Assembly (NCBI GenBank): GCA_030704615.1
Contig: CM060731.1
Span: 18,414,001 to 18,478,000 of the forward strand
Source of the DNA: Takakia lepidozioides
Lineage: Eukaryota > Plantae > Bryophyta
DNA length: 64,000 nucleotides
Reading direction: 5' to 3'
Shown here: positions 26,946-38,513 of the stretch, piece by piece
Numbering within the stretch: the first letter of the stretch is position 1
Layout: each line of letters begins with the position of its first letter
Position numbers and translations under genes: made by a program
The notes under the pieces: generated by a model
The model's database searches: none
Told to the model about the DNA's origin: nothing
What the model saw: the letters and a program-made list of their open reading frames with translations, nothing else

Positions 26946-28522
26946 TTGTGTTCTTTATCTCCTAGCAAATATAAGTGATTGTCAAAGCAAGAGTATATGT
27001 AAGGTTTTTGTTGCCTTACCTGATTCTGCAGTGTACTCTTGCACACCAGTAACACTGGTGTATGAAACAGACTCCCCTGAATCGTCAGACGTTTGGATGA
27101 CATCATGAGCAGGGGAAAGTTTAGCAGGTGGTGTCATTTTTGGGTTAGACCAGTTCCAATAAGACCTGCTGTTTCTTTCCAACACATTTATAAACCTTTG
27201 TTCTTCACACTGGAAACACATCTGTGTCCCGATGATCGTTGGCTGGGGGCAGATCGATCCATGCTTTGCCAAACCATTGTCAGCAGCACAGGTGGTGTGC
27301 AACTCAGAGTCGGTTGACATCCCTGTTCCACATGTTAGGAAATCCAAGTTGCATTTGAACCGAGAGCGTCTCTCTTGCCGCCTGATGCAGTGTTCAGGGC
27401 AGCAGACTGCCTTGCGCCTGCTTGTATACACCATGAGGATTGACGAAACTGCAAAGACTGCCAAAATGCCAAGCCTGAAGGACAAGCTCATATTCTCTGA
27501 AACCTGTCACACTGTTGACAGCTTTATTTCGGCCTCTCTTCACCTCTGTTATTCGATTCGTATAATGGGGGGTAGAATGCACTTGAGCTTTTAGTCTAGT
27601 ATTGTATTGCTGCCATTTGGATTTGCTGAGTATGGTGAGTGGAAAAAGGCACTACATCCTCTTAGTTGAGATATGGTTTTACTTCTCCCATGAAGCCAAC
27701 CAACTCTCAGAGAAGTAAGAGAGAGAGAGAAGACGGCTGACCAAAACGTCATGTGTATCCTAGGTCGAACCATCATTCCAGGTTTTACAAAAAAACATTC
27801 GTTCTTCAATCCATATGCCATCAGTTTGTCTCAATGGCAGCCCAAAGTCCTCCATACTCTCCCAAACTTTTCCATGGAAGGTTTTTGGTGAAGTAACTCA
27901 ACCTACCCTGAGGCTCCAACAGCCAAAAGCAAGTCTATGCCCATCTTCTCGTTGCTGCGATCGGAACTCCATAGCTGCAAAATGTGAGTCCTCTCCCAAG
28001 TCGAGAACGCCGGCTATTACAATCCAAGAAAACAAAGAAAAAGATTTGCACACGGTGCAGACATTATCAATGACAAACGCAGTCCTTACAATGAAACAGC
28101 CACGAGCTAACTTGCCCTACACTGTACAATTGCGTGTTGCTTTCAGAACCATTTCCTTTCATTTCTTCCTCTCTGACTCTCTCGCTCTTGGGCTCTGCTC
28201 GCTTGCAATCTCTTGGCCGGCCTCGCGACGCTTGGGGGTGCTGTCGGTCGAGGGGTGGTGGCAGCAAAGGTCCAACAGATTTTCTCAGCGACCAACAGTC
28301 CTGCAAGTGTCATGTTCACTAGACCATGAAGGTGTTCAGTTATTAACCACCCCAAGCTATTACTATTATTACTATTATTTATACGAAGAGCAATTTTTTT
28401 AATTTTTTTAATTTTTGGAAATTAACTTAGGCGTTGGCCATTTACTTTATTGGAGGGGAAAAAAACAAGCGTCTCGTCGTGTAATGGCTCCTGGTGACTA
28501 CCTATTAGAGTACTATGATGAT

Positions 28523-28770
28523 CAGCGTTTTTTTATTGGCAAATTTTCGCCAGATTTCGACCTCAAAAAATAAAATGGAATATTTCGTCGTAAATCCTTG
28601 TTTTTTCGTGGATGAAATCGCCAAATTTTCCAAATAAAAAATAAATTATGGATGAATTCGCCAAATATGGATGATATAAATGGATTATGGTACAGAGATG
28701 GATGAACAGAATGTATTGGAAAACTCTGTAGCCACTCGTGCTATTTTCCAAATTTCTTAAAAAAACACTG
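28523..28770. mobile_element. Non-autonomous TIR element (MITE, hAT-like)
   Basis: TIRs CAGCGTTTTTTT / AAAAAAACACTG. Flanked by ATGATGAT at 28515-28522 and 28771-28778. Confidence 0.8.
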
Positions 28771-29059
28771 ATGATGATATATGTTGGTAGCAAGGGGATG
28801 TACGAGGTAATTTAAAAGCAATAAATACAAGTTTATGGTCGGAAGATAATAGGAATAATGTAAGAACTTAATGCGAGCGCGTCAAGACGGTCTAGCCCTG
28901 ACACCCCGTACCGTCGGTTCTCTGCCTCCGGCAACCATCGAAAGGCAGCCGGTTGGGCTCGGTCAATCCCTCCCCACCCCCACTCCAATCCCATCGGCGT
29001 TGTCGTCACCTGCGTCGTCGTTGTGCGACACCAATCCGCCGCTTCCACCAGTCCGCCAG

Positions 29060-30627
29060 TTCCCTGTAACCCATGCCCCCTGTAACCCCTTGCACGTCAG
29101 GTCCTGTAACCCCCGCCCCAGGTGAAACCCTCACCCCCATGTAACCCTCTGTAACTCCGCCGAGTGTAACCCTCACTACCATGTAACCCTCACTACCATG
29201 TAACCCTCTGTAACCCATGTAACCCTCTGTAGAGTGTCACCGCAGAGTGTCACCCTCACCCCTATTACCCCTCTGTAACCCTCTGTAACCCATGTAACCC
29301 TCTGTAATCCACGTAACCCTTATAACCCGCTGTAACCCATGTAACCCTCTGTGACCCTCTGTAACCCTCACCACCATGTAACCTCTGTAACCCATGTAAC
29401 CCATGTAACCCTCTGTACAGTGTCACCGCAGAGTGTCACCCTCATCCCTATGTAACCCTCACTCCATGTAACCCTCTGTAATCCATGTAATCCATATAAC
29501 CCGCTGTAACCCATGTAACCCTTAGTGACCCTCTGTAATCCTCTGTAACACCGCAAAGTGTCACCCTCACCCCTATTTAACCCTCACTCCATGTAACCCT
29601 TTGTACCCCATGTAAACCTCTGTAACCCTCTGTAATCCATGTAACCCTCTATAACTCCACGGATTGTAACCCTCACCCCTCCCTCTGTAATCCATGTAAA
29701 CCCATGAAACCCTCTGTAACCCATGTAACCTATGTGACCCTCAGTAACCCATGTAACCCGACGTAACTCCGCGGAGTGTAACCCTTTGTAACCCTCTATA
29801 ACCCTCTCTAACCCCATGTAACCCTCTGTAACCCACACAACATATAACCCTCAACGTCGTGGAACCCGTTCCCCTTGTAACCTTCTCTCATTGTAACCCC
29901 GCATAATGTAACCCTCCCATTATGTAATCCCAGATAATCCCCTTCATATGTAACCCGCATATGTAACCCAATGCAAGCCCGTATCATGTAACCACCTGTA
30001 ACTCCGTTGGGACGTGTAACCCTCACCCTCATGTAACCCTCACCCCAAGTAACCCTCTGTAACCCTCTGTACCTCATGTAATCCTAAGTAACTCATGTAC
30101 CCCTGTAACTCCGCCGGGTGTAATTCTCAACCCTATGTAATCCTCTGTAACCCTCTGTAACCTTATGTAACCCCCTGTAACTCCGCCGCGTGTAATCCTC
30201 ACCCCCATCTAACCCTCTGTAAGTCCGCCGAGTGTAACCCTCACCCCAAATAACCCGCTGTAATCCTCTGTATCCCATGTAACCCTGTGTAACTCATGAA
30301 CCCCTGGAACTCCGCCCGGGTATAACTCTCAACCCTATAGAACCCTCTGTAATCCTATGTAACCCCCTGTAACTCCGCCGCCTGTAACCCTCACCCCCAT
30401 GTAACCCTCTGTAACTCCGCCGAGTGTAACCCTCATCCCAAGTAACCCTCTGTAACCCTATGTACCCCTCTGTACCCCATGTGTACGCCATGTAACCCTA
30501 AGTAACTCATGTACCCCCTGGAACTCCGTCGGGTGTAACCCTCAACCTTATGTAACCCTCTGTAACCATCTGTAATCATATGTAACCCTATGTAACCCCC
30601 TATAACTCCACCGAGTGTAACCCTCAC
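29060..30627 (+). repeat. Degenerate (TGTAACCC)-based satellite with a ~40-60 bp higher-order unit
   Basis: Dense 8-10 bp units atgtaaccc / ctctgtaacc, with a recurrent tgtaactccgccgagtgtaaccctcacccccatgtaaccctc. The plus strand is strongly C-rich. Confidence 0.95.
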
Positions 30628-31040
30628 TTCGGCTCTTCGTTTTTGACTCAAATGATTTTCAAACATAATTTCGTTGTCCTCTGGGTCCGAAGCCTCAACC
30701 TCCAACATAATTATCAGACTTCGAGTAGGCTTCACTTGCCGTCGTATGGGGTCCAGACGAGGAAGTACGCGTCGCATTGGTGGCTCATCGTCTCGAAAGC
30801 GTCGGCGTGATGTTGAAAGTCGTGAGAGTCGAAACAGCTGATCTGGTAGCTGGGTAAGCAACAACTCCAATGTATCTGGTTCCTGTGACTCCATGCTGTC
30901 AATACAAGATGTAAGAATGCTGGAAATATAACTATATATACTGATGTGTGGTGCTCCTCCCTCCTTAACATGTATCAGGTACATTGAATGTGGAGTCTTC
31001 ACCTTGAAGCTAACTTGACTGACGTCATCGTTGTGACGTC

Positions 31041-31265
31041 TTATTGACGTGTAGTTCGGGGCTTAGCTGGATATCGTTGATGAAACTCTTGGACTTTGTC
31101 AGATGCATTGGCAAGGTTGGATGAAGGTTCCCACGTTCGTTCGCTGATGTCGTAGTCTTTCCAATGTACGAAATACTCAAGACGTTTATACTTGATGCGT
31201 GAGTCTATGACTTCGTCGACTTCATACTCAATTTCCTGATTAACTTCGATTGGTGGAATCATAGG
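31041..31265 (-). pseudogene. Integrase C-terminal chromodomain of a chromovirus
   Basis: PPIEVNQEIEYEVDEVIDSR..RLEYFVHWKDYDISERTWEPSSNLANASDKVQEFHQRYPAKP. Confidence 0.9.
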
Positions 31266-32235
31266 CTCTCTTGAGCAACTCTGGTGGTGCAAGATTGGTC
31301 CACCACAACCTAGGCCTATGTGCCCGTGAACCCACTGCAGCTGCATCCAACAATACAGCTGGTCCAATCCATGACCGGATCTGATGCACACTGGCCATAA
31401 CCCTGGCCCAAAAATCCCCCATGAGAGGAACATTCTCCATGATGTAAGCTGGAGGTTGCACTTGCCTCACCTGCAAGTCACGCAACACTCGCAACATCTC
31501 CCAAAATAAATGCAATCGTGCATCATGCAAGCCATTCCCATGACCTGCGGGAGAGTGTCCTTGGCAAGGCCATCCAGCTATCACCAAGTCAATGGAACCA
31601 TGCCGGTCCAAATCATCCGCCCCCAGCAAGGTAATGTCTGCTAGCAAGGCCTTTTGATACCCTTGAATTGCTGAGAGAGACAACAACTTAGGATACCGGT
31701 GTGTGAGCAAGGCGATGTGGCGCATAGAAATATGCCGAGTTATCTCATCTTTCTCCACATACAAGTACTTGCGTACTTTAATCCCTGCTTGCAATACTCC
31801 TGCAAGCCCAGTGCTCATGCCTCCAAATAAGTCTAGCAAACAAATCCCTGAGTCAGGTGGTTGCCAGGTCATGGGCACTGTGTCCAAAGGAGCTAACTTA
31901 GGAGGTCCAGGTGATGTCACTGAACTCCTCTCACTCACCAATGGAAAGGCCTCCCGCCATACTTGGTGCACACACTCGCCTGCTACTTGATGCAAATTCC
32001 CAACCGTACCCCACAGTGGAATATGCACATGCACATGAGGAAGCAAATCAGCCTTGTATGCCAATTGTTTGTCCTCATCAGGTGGTGACCTATCATCTGC
32101 ATGGCTATTGCCCTCCAAGAGCTCACCACCCCAAGCCACCACCCCTGAGAATGCAGCCAATGTGGGCATCATGTTCCTATGATCCACCGCTACATTCCCA
32201 ATAAAACCGCACTGGGAGCAGTGCACGTCGACCAT
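31240..32235 (-). CDS. C5-cytosine DNA methyltransferase fragment, DNMT3-like, retrotransposon-borne (motifs I-VIII, lacks IX-X)
   Basis: Motif I LDLFGGMSTG, II YVEKD, III DIT, IV IAGWPCQ with the catalytic Cys, VI MENV, and VIII DAAAVGSRAHRPRLWWTNL (compare DNMT3 DAKEVSAAHRARYFWGNL). It breaks off into chromodomain-coding DNA. Confidence 0.88.
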   Translation of the reverse strand: MVDVHCSQCGFIGNVAVDHRNMMPTLAAFSGVVAWGGELLEGNSHADDRSPPDEDKQLAYKADLLPHVHVHIPLWGTVGNLHQVAGECVHQVWREAFPLVSERSSVTSPGPPKLAPLDTVPMTWQPPDSGICLLDLFGGMSTGLAGVLQAGIKVRKYLYVEKDEITRHISMRHIALLTHRYPKLLSLSAIQGYQKALLADITLLGADDLDRHGSIDLVIAGWPCQGHSPAGHGNGLHDARLHLFWEMLRVLRDLQVRQVQPPAYIMENVPLMGDFWARVMASVHQIRSWIGPAVLLDAAAVGSRAHRPRLWWTNLAPPELLKRAYDSTNRS

Positions 32236-32524
32236 CCCCTGACTGTCATTCCGGCCTGTAGGATGCCGTTTCCTCCCAAAAGTCCAAAGTAAAGCCCATC
32301 GGAGCCCATTGAGGGCCAGAAACCATTGGATTTTGGGTGCTCATCATCACTTCAAAAAATCCTGATAACGCAGGATCTGTCCAATTAGGGTGCAATAAAT
32401 TCTGTCCGGCGTAGAATTTCAAGGGCTACAACTTCTGTTAAGGGCCCATCTTCATCCAGATTCATCCAAGGGGCCCACCAACGGTCGGAATATCCAATCG
32501 ACCTGAATCAGGTTGACTCGTCCA

Positions 32525-32790
32525 TTAGGGGTTAAGCTTCACTTCAAGGGGTCGAGTTTCACGGTCAATATTTCCTGATGCTAATGGTCGTCCATCGATG
32601 ACTTCAACAGGGGCCGAGAATTTCTTTCTTACGAGCGTTAAATTGTGTTCTTTCGCAAACTCTTTGTCAATAAAACACGTTGAAGCGCCCGAGTCTAAAA
32701 GTGCTTCTACGGAGATTTCTCGATTTTGCATCCTGATCTTTACTAGAACTGTGAAACAAGGTACAGGGTCTGGAGGTAGAAAGAGACATT
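32525..32790 (-). pseudogene. Retroviral-type aspartic protease (truncated pol 5' end)
   Basis: ALLDSGASTCFID...VEVIDGRPLASG. Confidence 0.88.
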
Positions 32791-32904
32791 TTTTTTGTGA
32801 GGAATTTGGGGTGTCCAGTCACATGGTCCCTACTGTGACTGGACATCTTCGTTTTCCGACCTCCTCGTATCGAACACTTGAGTTGTGCCCCGAGCTTTGA
32901 ATCT

Positions 32905-33850
32905 TCTCTTGTTGGGGCAGTTTAATGTTATGTGATCATCTTCTCCGCAATAAAGGCATAATCCATTTGAGCGCCGTCTTTGTTTTTCTTGTGGCGTCAA
33001 TGGCTTGAATCGGACAGCATCAATCTACATAGGATCATTAGTGGATGTCTGATGGATCGTTGTGTTTGGTGCCATAGTAGCAGCGGCATGGTGCGTCGTC
33101 GACCATCCAGATCGCTTCTCTTGACGTCTTTCGAACAAACGATTATCGCATGCAATGACTTGGGTGATGAATTCGCTCAGTGTACTCACGTTTGGCATTG
33201 TCAGCAACAAATATTTTACATCCTCTTTTAGGCCACATCGAAACTGACTAATGAAACTCTTCTCATTCCAGTCGAGGTCGCACGCAAGTTGTCGAAATTT
33301 GGCAGCATAAACGGAAGCTGGACGTGCTCCTTGTCGAAGATTTCGCATCTTTATCTCTACAACTCTCTCTCTCTATTATTCTCTCCAAACGTTGCAGTGA
33401 ACTCGGACATGAATACTTCAAAATTGTATAGTAAATGCGAAATTTTCTCTAATAGCGGTGCAAACCAAGATAGGGCAGTGCCTGATAGAAGGGTGCCCAT
33501 GAATCCCACTTGAATACATTTTTCAGGGTAGTGTTGTGGATGTAGTCGTAGGAACAATCGTACTTGTTGAACAAAACCGCGAAATTTTGATCTCGTCCCA
33601 TCAAATTTTTCGGGCATGCTGACCTTTGGTTCCTTTGTAATCTGTTGAAGATTTGGAGGAACCGTTGTTATAATTTGCTGTAGTAGGGACTCGTAAGGTT
33701 GAAGATCCATTATTCAACTCTTTCAACTCTGAAATTTGTTGTTGCAAATTGTTGAAAGCGTTGCCAAGATCTTGAGACTGATCAGCTTGTAATTAGGCAG
33801 TAGAGGCACGAAGTTCTTGCATCTGGAGCTGAAGACTCTGCAATTACCAT
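32905..33850 (-). pseudogene. gag: Retrotransposon gag with a CCHC zinc knuckle (frameshifted)
   Basis: EPKVSMPEKFDGTRSKFRGF...LLSGTALSWF, LRQGARPASVYAAKFRQLACDLDWNE..QFRCGLKEDVK and NGLCLYCGEDDHITLNCP (CX2CX4HX4C). Confidence 0.9.
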
Positions 33851-34819
33851 TGCTTACCAAATTATGGGGAGTTTACCAAATTACCAAGAGTAACTTGGGA
33901 AACTGCTCAGGAAGCTTCCTTTGGAGGAAACTTCTCCATCAAGATACCTCATTTGTTTAAGGAAGCTTCTGCATCAAGAAACCTTTGTTTAATCTTGGAA
34001 ACTTCTCCAGCAAGAAACCTCCATAGGGGAAGCTTCTTAGAGAAGCTTCTTAGTAGCCAGTATATATAGGAGGCGAGACTGGACACTCTTCAGTCTCGCC
34101 AACACCAATTCAAGCTACTCTTGTTTCCAGTTCCCAGTACTCTAGCCCAGTTTCCAGTATCTGGTACTCCAGTCCAGTTTCCAGCATTCCAGTATTCAAG
34201 TCGTGTTCCAATATCTTGTACTCTTGTTCATTGTTATAAAAATCGTCTTGATTCTTATTTACCCATCGTGCATACGGCCAGGCCGACCTTGACTTCTTGT
34301 CTAATCTTGTACCTCTAGTCTGATCTCTTGTTTGTGTTCAGTCATGTTCTCGTCCTTGACACGTGGCCCCCAATCGGCTTCACACATCAATGTGACACAT
34401 GTGTAGTTCATTCAGTTCAGTATCGTCCTCCCAGCAATATGCAAGACAACGCTTTCCACGCAGCGATCCGGCAAATCTATTACTATGGTTTTCTCTACGA
34501 TTGATACAGTTGTCTCTATCATGCTTTCTTTCTCAATGTCATTCTTGTTGTTTTGTCACCGTCCCCGATGGCTATGGTATTCTTGAGATTTGCATTAGGA
34601 AAGGGTTTTGTTTCTTTCGGTCTAGCCATGCAAGCAGCCGCTCATTTGATGAGGTGCCTATTCACTCTCCTCTCGTGTATCTTTTGTCCACACACCAGCC
34701 GGGGCAGCCTACTCATCGCTATTCTAGATGCAATACGTATCGAATCATGCGTGTTCTGCAAGCACTATCAACCGGTTACAAGTTTGATGGTTTATATGAC
34801 TGCGTCACGTGTGCTATGG

Positions 34820-35132
34820 TTACACACAGGGGGTTACATGTTGTTTTCTTTCTCAATACATGGTGGCTTGGTAGACGGTTTAGTAATGGAGGTTTAGATG
34901 GGGTTTACATGTTTGATGGGTTATATGGATGTTGCACTCGCGGAGCCACATAGGCTAGGGTTACATGGGTGGGGCGTTACATTGACCATGTTTACCTGGA
35001 GGTTGCATACTAATGGTTTGATATGACAGGGTTACATGGATGTTGTGTTCGGGAGTCACAGACTAGGGGTACATGAGGTTGTGACGAAGGGTTATATCAT
35101 ATATGGGTACATGACGGAGGGTTACACTCGAC
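34820..35132 (-). repeat. Inverted, more degenerate arm of the TGTAACCC satellite
   Basis: Repeated GGGTTACA(T) on the plus strand. It ends gagggttacactcgacg, the near reverse complement of the cgccgagtgtaaccctc unit of the left array. Confidence 0.7.
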
Positions 35133-37900
35133 GTGTCTTGCATGCGGGTAACGGAACGGGCTTGGCGTGCAGGAACTTCGGAACACAAAGTCTTGTTCAT
35201 CAGATTTAGGGACAAGGCTGCTCGGGAGAGGGTTCTATGTCAGAGGCCTCACTTGAGAGGCCATAGCATGTACTTAAATGACGACTTGACCCCCATGCAA
35301 TACAATATCATGCGGGCTCAACTCGCACAAGTCAAATAGGCTCAGGCACAGGGACACTACGCGGTGTTCCGAGATGGTAGAGTCATCATTCGAGAACAGG
35401 AGCGTCGCCCCTCTAACTCTAAATAGGGGTTGGGGACCCATGAGACTAACTCACGCTCGCATTTGAACATAGGCTCATGGAATTGTAATGGATCTTTGTG
35501 GAGCCATAGTCAAGGGCTTCTCGACATCCTCTCCAAGTCTGATATTCTCTTTCTCTTGGAAACACATGCATACGAAGGCAAAGACCCTCCATCGATTCTT
35601 GGGTATAGCTTTCAGTCAGTGACTCGTCCACGCACAGGACTCAAATGCTTTGGTGGAGTAACTTGTTACTTTGCGGACTGGCTTCTCCCACATATCTCCT
35701 TCCCATACAAAGACCCACAAGGTACATTTGGTGTAAGATCAAAGGCAACCATCACCAACCAAACATTCTACTGGCGGGATGTTACTTTGCCCCGGCTGCA
35801 TCTCCACACAGTGGCCTCCACATGCGAACCGATTCACCTTATATTCCACTGGAAGAGGATATATCCCGTGCCCACACATAGACATATTCTTGGTTGGCGA
35901 CTTCAACGCCCGTACAGGTTCTCTACAAGCTCCAATCTTCGACCCCACGGATCCTCAACACATCCAACACTCACATGTGACCCTAGAGAGGCAAAGTCCG
36001 GACGTCTCTAGCGAAATCACAAGCTATGGTCACCATCTACTTAAGTTTTGCGAGATTCAAGGACTTGCCATCTACAATGGCACGACCACTTTCAATACCT
36101 CAAGCCAGTTCACCTGCCACACGTACAAAGGACAGAGCGTGGTTGACCATCTATTGGGGAGCCCCAACTCAATTGATAGAGTTAGTTCTTTTTACATCAT
36201 GAGGTACCCAGATTCTGATCACTCGCGCCTTTCATTTGTATTTCCTTCCATCTTTCTCCCCGTCAGGGGGGGTTCCTCTGCTTCTCTCCCTTCAAACCCT
36301 CGTATTCACTTCAATACCGTCTTCTCTCACTTACACGACATTGATTATGAAAACCTTTCTAGCTTCAATCCTCCCCTCCATCTTTGCTTGACCATCTACT
36401 GATGACAAGGCTACCCATCTAACACACGCTCTGTGGGACTCAGCCCTGCGTTCCTTTCCAGACCCTTCCATCTACCTCCTCACCCCTCTCCACTCGTAGA
36501 TATGCACCTTTCTATGACAAAGAATGCAAAGTGGCTAGATGTCACATCAAATCTCTACTCCTAGATATTCATTCCTCTCCACATTCTAAAATCCTTGATC
36601 TCAAGCACTATAAGTCCTTCATTAGATCCAAAAAGAGAGCCTACACTCTCAAGCTGCAATCTTCTTTTCTTGCAAAAGTCAGACTTTCTCCTCGTTCTTT
36701 TTGGTCCCTTCTTAAACCTCATAGAGACCCACCTGCGATCACTGACATTCACATCTGGCATGAGTATGCCTAGTCATTGTATCATTCCCCAAACCAAACT
36801 CCCTCTCCCATAACCTCTAAACTCGTACACTTCTCTCTCTTTACTACAACCAACATCAGCAAGGCAATCACGAAGCTTCAAAATGGCAGGGCATTGGATA
36901 TTTCAGGGCTACAGGGTGAATTTATCAAGCACGCAACACCCACTTTGGCCCCGTTTATAGCTTACCTCTTCAATGAGGCAGTGCAACATGGCTTTCCAAC
37001 AGAGTGGACAAAGAGCATCATCCACCCCTTCTTCAAGAGCGGTGACAGGCTCGCACTGACCAACTATTGCACAATTATGGTGTCATCATTATTGGCTAAG
37101 CTGTTTGGGGCAGTAGTGGCCATGTAGTTGGATGATTGGGCTGAATCCTCTCACATACGGGCTAAGGGACAAGCTGGTTTCCGTCGCAACAGATCCACTC
37201 TTGACCACATTTTCACTCTTTAGGTTATAGTAGAAAGTACTAGCTTTGACCAAAAAAAACTCGTTTACGTCTGCTTCGTTGACTTTCACAAGGCTTTTGA
37301 TTCGGTTCCTCGCAACCTTCTTTTCCAACGGCTCCATAAGGTGGGGAGTCCCTCAAAACATTATGTATGCTATTTCCTCCATGTATGAGATTGTCAACGG
37401 CATGGTCAAGGTCGCAGGGGAATTCTCAGCTGTGGTCCATAGCAACATTGGAGTCAAACAGGGCTGCTTCCTCTCACCTACCCTATTCGGAATCTACATT
37501 GACGCCTTGGAAGTCTACATCTCAAAAAACCATGGTGTTGGTGTGTCATTGGATTGAGGACCAACACAATCAGATCTCCTCTACGCGGATGATGTTGCCC
37601 GGCTTTTGGCACAATCTCATGTCTTCCTACAACGCCATCTCCACATCTTGGAACAGTTCGCCAAAGACTATGGGCTGCACCTCAACCTTACAAAAACCAA
37701 GATCATGGTTTTCAATGGGCAGGCCGACCGCAGATTCTTCCTCAACAATCGAGAGGTTGAGATAGTCAAATCCTCCAGTATCTGGGTCTGGTTATCCACT
37801 CCCCGAAATTCCAGTTTGGCAGCAACTGCCCTGGACAAATTGACAAAAGGCATGATAGAAGAGTTCTTCTCGACAGGTTCACCATCGGCACGTTTCACTG
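35133..37900 (+). mobile_element. Degenerate LINE: ORF1 remnant plus APE-endonuclease/RT ORF2
   Basis: ORF1 piece IRFRDKAARERVL..YLNDDLTP. Endonuclease motifs IGSWNCNG, LLETH, VGDFNAR, SVVDH, SDH. RT motifs GQAGFRR, FVDFHKAFDSVPR, GVKQGCFLSPTLFG, LLYADD. Many stops and frameshifts. Confidence 0.9.
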
Positions 37901-37996
37901 CCACGTAAGGTCATGTATCCCATATAACAAAACGAGCCCCTTCTCCTGCAAGGATCCCATTTACCTTTGGTGGGAGGAAGTTCAAAGAAGGCATGT

Positions 37997-38513
37997 CAGC
38001 GTTGCTTTTTTTTGGCGATTTTTCGCCATTTGGCCGCTTGGAAATCCCCTTGGCAAATGAAACAAAGGAAAAAGACGTCCAAATAAGGCAATTTTTGCCA
38101 AAAACTGGGGGTCTCAAAAAGGTCCTCGCCCTGTGGACCCACGGGGCAGCAGAGATGTAGCCATGGCGGGCCCCATGCAGGATGATCTGACATGCTAGAT
38201 GAGGAGTGGATTTAGGATTGTGGGGCCTCGGAGATGCTCTTCGCCTGTCTTGCCAGAACTATACACCTCATTTGTACCAATTAGTCTATGGTTTTCCATA
38301 GAAAGAGTTCCATTCGTTGATTATGGCTTTCAACTATTTCTGTACTTCGCCTTCTATTGCTCATCAACATCCAGATTCACAAAATATGGCAAGAGTGGAA
38401 ATACATGTAGCCTACCAATTCGAGGAAAATTACCTAGAGTGGCCACTTGCACTATCCTACACCCAATATATAGCCACTCGTACCCCTTTTCAAAATCCTT
38501 AAAAAAAACCCTA
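37997..38513. mobile_element. MITE related to 28523-28770
   Basis: Begins CAGCGTTGCTTTTTTTGGCGATTTTTCGCC and ends ccactcgtaccc..ttaaaaaaaacccta, like the 28.7 kb copy. Flanked by CATGT on both sides. Confidence 0.6.

Larger units (their letters stand above)
20071..27491 (-). pseudogene. Degenerate SLC35C2-like (At1g06470-type) nucleotide-sugar / sugar-phosphate translocator
   Basis: Spliced exons in the expected order: KTLHILLL* (~26990, W>stop); VIPTAIATAVDID..GLM (~25910-25992); CKSGAPLFVLLLTYSW (~25406-25453); LEVPSCKLTASIASLATGTLLT (~25087-25153); LMLGAFVSGLRWTGAQMLLQ (~24772-24878); GLGNPLAAMQGLAPVMAIVTFAISFYTEPW (~24020-24130, frameshift follows); VTFIVAVTVKDTANVL (~22900-22995); IGLHYIGFGLILFLLHR (~22383-22477); YQKW...QYAVL (20071-20191). 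The start position is uncertain. Confidence 0.72.
30897..34361 (-). mobile_element. Ty3/Gypsy chromovirus (Tcn1-like) remnant, internally deleted or chimeric
   Basis: LTR-like 5' segment begins TGTCAAGGAC at 34361 and has a TATA at ~34061. Then gag, protease and a C-terminal chromodomain. An LTR-like 3' segment (30897-31038) ends ...TTGACA. RT, RNaseH and the integrase core are absent. The two LTR-like ends do not match each other. Confidence 0.8.

Noticed and set aside
29006-30620. Gly/Tyr/Arg/Val-rich ORFs on the minus strand
   Set aside because: They are translations of the TGTAACCC satellite with no independent coding evidence.
29060-30627. CRISPR array or true telomere
   Set aside because: No unique spacers and a eukaryotic context. 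The array is interstitial, degenerate and not TTTAGGG.
31041-32235. Host chromomethylase (CMT) gene
   Set aside because: In CMT the chromodomain lies inside the MTase domain. Here it is a retroviral integrase-type chromodomain, downstream and out of frame, in an intronless gag-protease context.
30892-34366. Intact LTR pair with TSD
   Set aside because: The two LTR-like segments do not align and the flanks CATGC / CGTGG differ.
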